From the NCBI GenBank assembly GCA_050250895.1, contig JBFWNU010000001.1, positions 3,379,557-3,443,556 on the forward strand: a stretch of DNA of 64,000 nucleotides, read 5' to 3'. Under the pieces are notes generated by a model. It was not told where the DNA came from. It saw only the letters and a list, made by a program, of their open reading frames with translations, and searched no databases. The stretch is from Vulcanimicrobiota bacterium. GTDB lineage: Bacteria > Vulcanimicrobiota > Xenobia > Xenobiales > JADMJV01. The translations under genes were made by a program, and so were the position numbers. Positions within the stretch are counted from its first letter, which is position 1, and every line of letters begins with the position of its first letter. Of this stretch, positions 29,579-37,295 are shown piece by piece.

Positions 29579-31298
29579 GCTGGATTGCCTGGTCACCGTC
29601 TCGTCACGAGATTTTCTAGTGGGTACGATGGTGATGTTGGGATCATTTGTCCGCCACCATCCGGACTTCGTCGGGGAGCTGATGGTGGTCCATGACGATC
29701 TCGACCCAGAGCAGCAAGAATGGTTGCAGCAACGGATTGGAAGGGCGGTCGGCTTCGTCCCTGCCGACCCTTCCCTGGTGGGTGCCACCGCTCTGTTGCG
29801 GCACCGATTGGCGCGATTTGAGCGACGTTATCGTCAGTTCTACTCATTGCAGGCAATTTCACTCGAGGGCTACCGAAAGGTAATCTTCTGCGACAGTGAC
29901 ACCCTTTTCCTTGCGCCCGTCCGGGACCTCTTCCAAGAGTCGTCCGAGTTGTTGGCCTGCCGGGATCGGATGACCATCCTGGGCCAACGCCGCTGCCGTA
30001 GAACCTTCGAGCCGGCTCCGCACAATGCGTTTGAAGCGACCTTCAATGCGGGTTTCATGGTATTCGATGGCAGCCGGCTCGGGGCCCCGGTCTTCGAGTC
30101 GGCTCTACGCTGGCTACGCCCAGAAATTCTGGCTGAGGTGCCGAATCACACCGATCAGTTTGTCCTGAATCATCTTTATGAGGGACGGGTCCACTGGCTC
30201 AGCAATCGATACAATTTCTTGCTGTCGGTGGCCCAAGAGCTTTTTGGCCAGGGGGGCCTCGAGGCGTCGCAGGTGCGAGTGGTTCACTTTGCCGGCAACG
30301 ACGCGACTCCCTGGACCGACTATCAAGCGACACCCCCAACTCGGGTCTTCTATGAGGCCTGGCACCAACTGGCCGACGAGCTGCTTCGGGTCGGCTTGTC
30401 GGCGTATTCCAACCCGCAAGGCCCGGGTGGGAACTACCTGGCCCACGGCCTGGTCTGGCGGTCTGAGGTGCCCCTCGAGGCGCCCCGGACCGGCAGGCCG
30501 CCTGACGTAAGAATTCGTTGGGGAGCGACGCCTGAACCTGATGCCAGTTGGAAGCGACTTCCTTATGGCTGGGCCAAACCCGACCAGTTTCTGGCCATCA
30601 CCCCTGGGGGCGGACGCCTGTGGGTCTCTCGGGGCCAAGAGATTTGTCTCGACCAGCAGTCAGAGGACCCGCAGCTATTCTGGCTCTATTTGGTGGGCCT
30701 GGCTACCGGGGCTCTGTTGCTCGAGCGGGGTGAGTTGGTCCTGCATGGAGATGCCGTGGTGCTCGACGACCGGGCCGTGGTTTTAGGCGGACCGTCAGGT
30801 TGCGGCAAGTCCACGCTGGCCTGTCAGTTGGGCGGCCGTCTGCTTTGCGACGACGTGACGGTGGTGCGCAACAGCCCCGCCGGTCTGACCGTGTTGGCGG
30901 GCCTGGGGCCGCTTAAACCTCGGCTGCTTGGCCTGGCCAAGAACGGCCATCCGGCGCAAGAGGTCTTGAGCGGCCGGCCTGCCCGAGCGGCTATCCCCAT
31001 CGAGCCGGCAGGTTCCCAGTTTCCGCTGGCGGCAGTCTATCTCCTCGACCAGCCCCCGGCCAGGATCCGGGGAGCGCGCCTGGCGGCCCTGGCCAAGACG
31101 CTGTTCTATCGGCCCGAACTGGCCGCCGCCCTGGGGCGCGCTCGGGAGAACTTCGACCACTTGCAGACTCTAGCCAGGACCCGGGTGGTGGGGCTCGAGT
31201 CCGCCGACCCGGCCGAGCAATCCAGGCGTATTCTTGCCGACCTGGAAGGAAAGATTTTCTGTCCCCCCGAGGAAGAGAGCGGCCATGGCCTGGTTTGA
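29577..31298 (+). CDS. GT8 glycosyltransferase fused to an HPr-kinase-like (lasso-peptide kinase type) domain
   Basis: GT8 motifs CDSD, FNAGFMV, DQFVLN, YNF, VHFAG; kinase LHGDAV..GPSGCGKSTL..LLCDDV. Confidence 0.85.
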   Translation: MLDCLVTVSSRDFLVGTMVMLGSFVRHHPDFVGELMVVHDDLDPEQQEWLQQRIGRAVGFVPADPSLVGATALLRHRLARFERRYRQFYSLQAISLEGYRKVIFCDSDTLFLAPVRDLFQESSELLACRDRMTILGQRRCRRTFEPAPHNAFEATFNAGFMVFDGSRLGAPVFESALRWLRPEILAEVPNHTDQFVLNHLYEGRVHWLSNRYNFLLSVAQELFGQGGLEASQVRVVHFAGNDATPWTDYQATPPTRVFYEAWHQLADELLRVGLSAYSNPQGPGGNYLAHGLVWRSEVPLEAPRTGRPPDVRIRWGATPEPDASWKRLPYGWAKPDQFLAITPGGGRLWVSRGQEICLDQQSEDPQLFWLYLVGLATGALLLERGELVLHGDAVVLDDRAVVLGGPSGCGKSTLACQLGGRLLCDDVTVVRNSPAGLTVLAGLGPLKPRLLGLAKNGHPAQEVLSGRPARAAIPIEPAGSQFPLAAVYLLDQPPARIRGARLAALAKTLFYRPELAAALGRARENFDHLQTLARTRVVGLESADPAEQSRRILADLEGKIFCPPEEESGHGLV

Positions 31299-31851
31299 CG
31301 GTCACGTGCGTGACCTGGGTGGGATTGACGAGCAACTGTTAGCACCGTTGCGCCAGCAAGTTTTGGAACGGGCCGACTTCTGGGCCGGAGCCGACCGCCT
31401 AAAGCCCAACCATTTTGCCTGTTTCGAGGGGGCGGCCGAGCATATCGTCTTTCGCTATCCCCAGAGCCCGTCCGACCACCGGCAGTCGGGCGACTTTCCG
31501 TTCTATCGCAAGTGGGCGCCTTTGATCGAACCCATCATCGAAGCCGCCACGGTCAGTTACGGGTTTGCGCGGGGACAGGCCTCGCGCATCATGCTGGCCA
31601 AACTTCGGGCCGGCGGCGAACTGGGGGTGCACGTTGACGCCGCCCCGTCGGCCGAGGTCCCGCACAAGATCCATGTCCCGCTGGTGACCAAGCCCGAAGT
31701 GGTCTTTATCGCCGAAGACGAGGCTTATCACCTGTCCGCTGGGCGGGCCTGGGAGGTCAATAATCGGGTTCTGCATGGTGGGCGCAACCCTTCGACCATC
31801 GACCGGATTCACTTGATTTTTGACTACTTTGACGCCCATGACTTGCACTGA
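31285..31851 (+). CDS. Aspartyl/asparaginyl beta-hydroxylase (Fe/2OG)
   Basis: HVD...IHVPL...NN..LHGGRN..DRIHLIFD. Confidence 0.88.
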   Translation: MAWFDGHVRDLGGIDEQLLAPLRQQVLERADFWAGADRLKPNHFACFEGAAEHIVFRYPQSPSDHRQSGDFPFYRKWAPLIEPIIEAATVSYGFARGQASRIMLAKLRAGGELGVHVDAAPSAEVPHKIHVPLVTKPEVVFIAEDEAYHLSAGRAWEVNNRVLHGGRNPSTIDRIHLIFDYFDAHDLH

Positions 31852-32797
31852 GGCCACTCGGTTCAAAGCTTGTCCCGGCATGACCGCCTGGTTGCTCGAG
31901 CGACAGGTCAGCCTGCTGGTCACCGGCTATGCCAGCGCCCGCCTCTTTCTGGTTGGCAGCCAGCAGGGCCGATTGAGCTTCCAGGAGCGGGACTTCGTGC
32001 CGTGTATGGGGGTGGCTGCCCATCGAGGCCTGATTTACCTCGGCACCCGTACCAGTCTCTGGAGCTTCGACCCCAAGCCCGGATACCTCAAGCCGGTTCG
32101 CTGCTGGGTGACCGACAACGTGCGCATTCACGATGTCGGGGTCGACCGGGTTGGAACTCCCCTGCTGGTCAACACCCTGCACAACTGTCTGGTGACTCCA
32201 CGCTCGCGGGGTATCGGCTTTGAGGTGGTCTGGAAGCCCGACTTCATCAGTTCGACCGAACAGGGTGACCGCTGTCACCTCAACGGCCTGGCCATGCACG
32301 CCGGCCGGGCGTGTTTTGTCACCCTGGTGGCCCGCAGCGACGAGGTCGACGGCTGGCGCCAAAGCAAAGTAGGTGGCGGTTGTGTGGTCGAAGTGTCGAG
32401 CCAGCGGGTCGTGCTCGACGGCCTGACCATGCCCCACTCGCCCAGGCTTTACCGTGATCGTCTGTGGGTGCACGACTCTGGCAGCGGATGGTTGGGCTGG
32501 GTCGACCAGACTCGAGGACGATTCGTTCGCCACGCCTTTGTTCCGGGCTTTCCCAGAGGACTCTGCTTCTGCGGAGACTACGCCCTGGTTGGAGTTTCGA
32601 CCATCCGTTACTTTGGTCAGACCGAGTTTCCCATCGAGGCAGAGTTGACCAGTCGGGAACTCGACGATTTTTGCGGGGTCTGTGTGATCTGTCTCGAGAC
32701 GGGAGCCACGGTGGGGACGCTCTCGTTCGAGGGTCTGGCCGAGGTGTATGACCTGGAAGTGATCCCAGCCCCGCACCTCGAGTTGAGGTGGACTTGA
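31838..32797 (+). CDS. TIGR03032/DUF4915 family protein
   Basis: VNTLHNCL, WKPDFIS, DRCHLNGLA, GLTMPHSPR, PGFPRGL. Confidence 0.88.
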   Translation: MTCTEATRFKACPGMTAWLLERQVSLLVTGYASARLFLVGSQQGRLSFQERDFVPCMGVAAHRGLIYLGTRTSLWSFDPKPGYLKPVRCWVTDNVRIHDVGVDRVGTPLLVNTLHNCLVTPRSRGIGFEVVWKPDFISSTEQGDRCHLNGLAMHAGRACFVTLVARSDEVDGWRQSKVGGGCVVEVSSQRVVLDGLTMPHSPRLYRDRLWVHDSGSGWLGWVDQTRGRFVRHAFVPGFPRGLCFCGDYALVGVSTIRYFGQTEFPIEAELTSRELDDFCGVCVICLETGATVGTLSFEGLAEVYDLEVIPAPHLELRWT

Positions 32798-33342
32798 GCT
32801 GGTTCGAAGGCAAGATCCGTGAGCTGGGTCCGGTCAACTGTACCGAGCTGACGGCGATGGTCGAACGGACCTCGAAGGCGGTCTGGACAGCCCAGAGTTT
32901 TCGGCAAGATCATTATGCGGTGCACCACCAGACCCGCTCGCTCATTTTTCGCTTTCTGACCGGCGATGGGCTCGAGGGTGTAGACCAGCCCCCCTGGCTG
33001 GCCTGGAAGAGCCTGGTCGAGCCGGTCATCGCCCAGGCTGTTGAAAGCTACGGCTACCGGCAGGGGCGATGCGCCCGGATCATGCTGGCCAATCTGCCGG
33101 CAGGCTCGTCGATTTCACCCCATCGCGATGTCGGCGAGTCGTTCGCCCGCACCCATCGGCTGCATGTGCCTTTGCTCACCCATCCCGAGGTGTGCTTCGA
33201 ACTCGACGGCGAGCCCTTTCACCTGGCCCAGGGACATGCTTACGAAATCAACAATCTGCTCTCGCATGGGGTGACCAACCCGGGCCCAGGAGACCGCGTC
33301 CACCTCATCTTCGACTATTACGAGGCCTATGAACAGACCTAA
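32788..33342 (+). CDS. Aspartyl/asparaginyl beta-hydroxylase, second copy
   Basis: ISPHRD..HRLHVPL..EINNLLSHGVTN..DRVHLIFDY. Confidence 0.88.
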   Translation: MDLSWFEGKIRELGPVNCTELTAMVERTSKAVWTAQSFRQDHYAVHHQTRSLIFRFLTGDGLEGVDQPPWLAWKSLVEPVIAQAVESYGYRQGRCARIMLANLPAGSSISPHRDVGESFARTHRLHVPLLTHPEVCFELDGEPFHLAQGHAYEINNLLSHGVTNPGPGDRVHLIFDYYEAYEQT

Positions 33343-33964
33343 GGTTTTTGGAGTAGGCTTGCCCAAGACCGGCACCACTTCTCTGGGGCGCGCTCTCGAG
33401 TGGATGGGCTATCGGGTCTGCGGCGGGCTCGGTCAAAGGGTGCGCGCCCGGGTCGAGAGCGGCGACCCCATCGAGGCCGTGGTGCCAGAGTTGGTCGAGC
33501 GCGAAGTCGAGCGCCATGACGCTTTTCAAGATAATCCCTGGCCGGTGCTTTTTGAAGAGATGGCCCGACGGTTTCCCGATAGTCTTTTCGTCTTGACCCT
33601 GCGTCCCGAGCAGGAATGGCTGGCCAGCTTCGTTCGCCATTTCGGCTCACGGCACTCTCCCTTGCGCGAGTGGATCTTCGGGGCGGGAGCGCCGGAGGGT
33701 AACGAACAGGCCTATCTTGATTTCTTCCGAGTTCACTATCGTCGGGTCCTGGAGCATTTTGCCGACCAATCCCATCGGCTGTTGGTACTTCGCTTATGCG
33801 AGGGAGAAGGCTGGCAACCCTTGTGCCAGTTTCTGGGACAACCCCAGCCGGACCAGCCCTTTCCCCACCTCAACAGCGCTCGGGCCAGGGCCCAGCGCCA
33901 ACTGGATCAGGTGGTCGACGAGCTACGCCGGCAGCGACGTCACCAGTCCGAGTCGTTTTCGTAG
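33329..33964 (+). CDS. Sulfotransferase family protein
   Basis: KVFGVGLPKTGTTSL PAPS-binding loop; GWQPLCQFLG..FPHLN. Confidence 0.88.
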   Translation: MNRPKVFGVGLPKTGTTSLGRALEWMGYRVCGGLGQRVRARVESGDPIEAVVPELVEREVERHDAFQDNPWPVLFEEMARRFPDSLFVLTLRPEQEWLASFVRHFGSRHSPLREWIFGAGAPEGNEQAYLDFFRVHYRRVLEHFADQSHRLLVLRLCEGEGWQPLCQFLGQPQPDQPFPHLNSARARAQRQLDQVVDELRRQRRHQSESFS

Positions 33965-34713
33965 CCGAGTTCGAGCAGCAGGTCTCCAAAGCGTCTTTTG
34001 AACTCGCCTTTGATCTGGCTATTGAAGTGGTCACGCCAGTCTCCGGCGACTCCGCGCCGGTAGTGGTGATGGACGTCGACCTGACCGCGCGGGCGTCCCT
34101 GGCTCTGGGCCTCAAAGCCGTATCGGTCGAGGGCTTGCTCGAGCAATTCCTGGCAGTCGAGGCGCAAGAACGCAAAAGCCTGGTGCAAGACCGGTCGAGG
34201 CGACTCGATCAGGTCTTCAAAACGGAGTCTCAACAAGCGGTCGGACCACCCGCCACACTCGCGCAACTGCTCGAGGTAGACCGAGCTATAGTCAAGCTCG
34301 AGCAGCAGGCCTTGCTCCATGGGGAGGCTCTCGAGGCTTTGTCGGTGCTCGGCCTGGTAGGCGTGCCTCACCGGGTGGGAATAGCGGTGGGAATAGTAGC
34401 ACGAGACCAGCATGTCCCGCGGGTCTCGGATGAATTCACAGCCGCGGTAGTCGACTCTTTCCAATCGTTCGATCACAGCTGCGTGAGCGTTGCGGTGCAA
34501 GACCACATCCGAGCTGTTCAGGGCGCTTTCCCAACGGTGCAGCATTTGCAGCCAGGCGGCGATCGATTGGGGATGGCGGTGGGCGCGGGCGGGCAAGTGC
34601 TTGGGGCGATGCTCCTGAGTTAGGTCGAGGTCCAGGCCACGCGCTACGAACTTGACCACCTCGCGAACAAAGGTCGAGGCGCAACGGTGATGACACAGAA
34701 AGGCCCTGACCAT
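33940..34713 (-). CDS. Sulfotransferase domain protein
   Basis: HHRCAST, RDPRDMLVSCYYSH, RFEDL, HYRRGVAGDWRDHF. Confidence 0.88.
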   Translation of the reverse strand: MVRAFLCHHRCASTFVREVVKFVARGLDLDLTQEHRPKHLPARAHRHPQSIAAWLQMLHRWESALNSSDVVLHRNAHAAVIERLERVDYRGCEFIRDPRDMLVSCYYSHRYSHPVRHAYQAEHRQSLESLPMEQGLLLELDYSSVYLEQLRECGGWSDRLLRLRFEDLIESPRPVLHQAFAFLRLDCQELLEQALDRYGFEAQSQGRPRGQVDVHHHYRRGVAGDWRDHFNSQIKGEFKRRFGDLLLELGYENDSDW

Positions 34714-34714
34714 C

Positions 34715-36349
34715 TCACGCCTTGCCCGCCTCGACCCACTCCAAGAAGCGTCCCACCAGAATGGTCCGGACCAGGACCTTCAGGGCGAGATGGTAGGCCC
34801 CCGCCGAGAAATCGTCGTCGGCCGGAAGATGATGGAACAGGGGGCGAACCTGATCCCAGTCGATGAAGTGGTTGCAGAGTTGGCTGTTAGTCAGTCGCTC
34901 GAGTTCGCCGCGAAGCGCGGGCGCACAGCCGCGCAAACGGGCTTGCCAGCCAACGTCTTGCATGCCCACGGTGGACCGGTCGAGGACCAGGTCGGGCACG
35001 ATCCCTCGCAGGCTGTCGCGCACGGCCCGGCGCTTTTGTCCCTCGCGAGCAAAGAACTCGCGGGGGGCCTGCAGGCAGAACTCCACCATTCGAAGATCGG
35101 TGGTGGGGTCGAGTTCTTCCAGTCCAAAGCGCCCTCGCCAGTAGTTATGCAAAGCACCCACTTTGCCCCGCAGATAGATGCGCAAGAAACGACCGCGGGG
35201 GCTCTGGTCGATGGCTCGCAATCGCTTCTCGAGTTCCAGTTCTCGGGCTCGTTCCGGCCGCAGGGCGAGGTCGGCCTTGCGCACCGCGCTGCCCCGGCGA
35301 AGCCCAAGCGAGGTGGCCAGACGTTTCTTCCAGTTGGTCTTGGGCAGGCCCGAGGAGGAGAAGAGCAGATTGCCTCCCCGACCTCCGATGAGAACGGTCA
35401 AGCCAGTCTCGACGGCCCGGGCCGCGATCTTTTCTCCCCAGCCTCCGAAGAGATGACGGGCGGGCTCGCCGGTGAGAGCGTGCCACTGGTCGTCGATGGC
35501 GGCCAGCGGATCACCGGGATCGCGTACATACTCGATCTTCAGGTTGGGATATTGCACGAGCACAGCGTCGATGAAGGGCTCGTCGCGATAGCTACGCCCA
35601 GGCGGCGCGGGCGCCTGACAATCTTCGGGTGGCAAGTAGGTGAAGCAGGGAAACTTTCGCTCGGGCCTTTGCCGGGCCGCCAGGCACGCTACCGAAGTCG
35701 AGTCCAACCCTCCGCTCAGGTGAAAGCCCACCTGTGTGTCCTGGGTCAGACAGTCCTCGACGGCGCAGGTGAAGAGGTCTCGAAACCGAGACTCGAGTTC
35801 GGGCAATTCCCCTCGACGCAGAGGACGATGCCAACGAAAGTCCGCCGGAGACCAATAGCTCTGGATTCGCGTCTGTTGTCCGTCAAAAAGCAAGAGATGA
35901 CCCGGGGGAAGCTGGCGCAGGTCTTTAAACATAGTGCGGCTGGGCTCGGCTGTGCGCAAACCGCCTCCCACCAGCGCTGCGGCCACCGCCAACGGGTCGA
36001 CCTCGGTCCCCACGCCGGGCAATTGCCGTAACCGGCGGATGTGGTTCGACAGCCAGAGCGGGTCGCCCGAACGATAGTAGAGGGTTCGGCCCCCCAGCGG
36101 TCCTCGGATGGCCACCAGCCTTCGTTCCTCGGTGTTCCAAAAGACGGCGCAAAAGTCATGGGCGACCCGGCTGCATTCGGCCGCCCCTTTGCTCAAGTAG
36201 GCCGCCAACAAGTGCTGCACGCCGCTGGCATCGACGGGAAGGTCAGACCGAAAGCGGGCGTCGGCCACGCCGAGCCAGGGCCCCACGGCTTCGCCGGACC
36301 CGCCGCCGACTGCGACCCGCCCATCGACTTCAAGGCAGAAATCAGCCAA
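34715..36349 (-). CDS. Asparagine-synthetase-like lasso cyclase (C protein)
   Basis: LSGGLDS PP-loop, GGRGGN, DPTTDLRMVEFCL. It lacks the N-terminal catalytic Cys of true AsnB and lies directly downstream of precursor A1. Confidence 0.85.
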   Translation of the reverse strand: MADFCLEVDGRVAVGGGSGEAVGPWLGVADARFRSDLPVDASGVQHLLAAYLSKGAAECSRVAHDFCAVFWNTEERRLVAIRGPLGGRTLYYRSGDPLWLSNHIRRLRQLPGVGTEVDPLAVAAALVGGGLRTAEPSRTMFKDLRQLPPGHLLLFDGQQTRIQSYWSPADFRWHRPLRRGELPELESRFRDLFTCAVEDCLTQDTQVGFHLSGGLDSTSVACLAARQRPERKFPCFTYLPPEDCQAPAPPGRSYRDEPFIDAVLVQYPNLKIEYVRDPGDPLAAIDDQWHALTGEPARHLFGGWGEKIAARAVETGLTVLIGGRGGNLLFSSSGLPKTNWKKRLATSLGLRRGSAVRKADLALRPERARELELEKRLRAIDQSPRGRFLRIYLRGKVGALHNYWRGRFGLEELDPTTDLRMVEFCLQAPREFFAREGQKRRAVRDSLRGIVPDLVLDRSTVGMQDVGWQARLRGCAPALRGELERLTNSQLCNHFIDWDQVRPLFHHLPADDDFSAGAYHLALKVLVRTILVGRFLEWVEAGKA

Positions 36350-36352
36350 TGG

Positions 36353-36493
36353 TCACGACAAGGCGTAAGAAGGAGCAGTCCCCCCGCCGTCGCCCGGATT
36401 GGTATCCATGTTGGTAGCCAGGGTGTTGGAGATATCGAGGCGCGTGAGAACGGGGGCGTTCCACGGTCTGCGCAGGCTGGGCTCATTACTCAT
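36353..36493 (-). CDS. Lasso-type RiPP precursor A1: MSNEPSLRRPWNAPVLTRLDISNTL-ATNMDTNPGDGGGTAPSYALS
   Basis: Manually translated 46-aa ORF with a WxxPxLxxLDIxxT leader; stop lies 3 nt before the cyclase start. Confidence 0.88.
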   Translation of the reverse strand: MSNEPSLRRPWNAPVLTRLDISNTLATNMDTNPGDGGGTAPSYALS

Positions 36494-36567
36494 TGCCAGC
36501 CGTTTCGACGGCCTCAATCGGGGCCCTGCTGAAGGATTAGCGCGACCGATGCCAAAAGCGACAATCG

Positions 36568-36834
36568 ATGCTCTCGCGCAGTAACAACATCGTCGCTAGC
36601 GAACTTGATGGGGACCTCGTCATGATGAGCGTGGATACCGGTAATTACTATTCTCTCGACGAGGTGGGAGCGGCCATCTGGGAGCTGCTCGACCAGCCCC
36701 GTCCGACCGGTGAACTCGTAGAAGGGTTAGTCAAACGCTTCGAGGTCGAGCGCGAGACCTGTCTGGAAGATATCAAGCCCTTTTTGGCCGAACTGTTAGC
36801 CGAGGGGATCTTGATCGAGACCGCTCAAGATTGA
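36568..36834 (+). CDS. PqqD family RiPP recognition element (lasso B1)
   Basis: DGDLVMMSVDTGNYYSLDEVGAAIWELL..FEVERETCLEDI..FLAELLAEGIL. Confidence 0.93.
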   Translation: MLSRSNNIVASELDGDLVMMSVDTGNYYSLDEVGAAIWELLDQPRPTGELVEGLVKRFEVERETCLEDIKPFLAELLAEGILIETAQD

Positions 36835-36965
36835 TAACTGCCCATTCCGCCCCCGCCATCTGGCGGGTTGCCAGCGAGGGTGGTAGAGAGCGTGTTGGCG
36901 ATCTCGAGCCGGGTTAGCCGGGGTGCCCGCCAGGCACGGCGCGGCATTTCTTGTATGTCTGACAT
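36825..36965 (-). CDS. Lasso-type RiPP precursor A2: MSDIQEMPRRAWRAPRLTRLEIANTL-STTLAGNPPDGGGGMGSYQS
   Basis: Manually translated 46-aa ORF, paralogous to A1 (RRxWxAPxLTRL[DE]IxNTL, NPxDGGG, SY..S). Confidence 0.88.
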   Translation of the reverse strand: MSDIQEMPRRAWRAPRLTRLEIANTLSTTLAGNPPDGGGGMGSYQS

Positions 36966-37006
36966 AGCCGAAGCTTCGGCTTCGGGTAGGTCAGTCCTGC
37001 CTCAGA

Positions 37007-37198
37007 TTAGAAGGCGAAGGCGCTGGTCAGATTGGCCACCAGATCGTTGGCCTCGTCGTCGTCCTCGAAGGCCTCGGCGCCCAGGTTGATGTGGTCGCAA
37101 GGGGCGACCGTCCCCGCCACTTCGGGAGCCTGGCCGGCAAAACTCCAGAGTTGATTCTGGTTCTGGAGTTGACTGGTGGAGATGTAAGTGTCTTTCAT
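37007..37198 (-). CDS. Small acidic hypothetical protein
   Basis: 63-aa ORF with a GAGG RBS, co-oriented upstream of A2. Confidence 0.55.
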   Translation of the reverse strand: MKDTYISTSQLQNQNQLWSFAGQAPEVAGTVAPCDHINLGAEAFEDDDEANDLVANLTSAFAF

Positions 37199-37295
37199 CG
37201 TCGTGAAACCTCGCTGCCCTTTGATTCTGCCACAGCAGCCTTAAAGAAACCTTGAGCCCGCCAGGGATCTCGCCTTGACGACGGAAGGTCGGGGC

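Noticed and set aside
34715-36349. Housekeeping asparagine synthetase AsnB
   Set aside because: No N-terminal catalytic Cys, and it is flanked by precursor and RRE genes.
36568-36834. PQQ biosynthesis
   Set aside because: No pqqB/C/E and no ExxxY precursor.
37007-37198. Third RiPP precursor
   Set aside because: It lacks the WxxPxL/NTL leader, NPxDGGG and the terminal Ser shared by A1 and A2.
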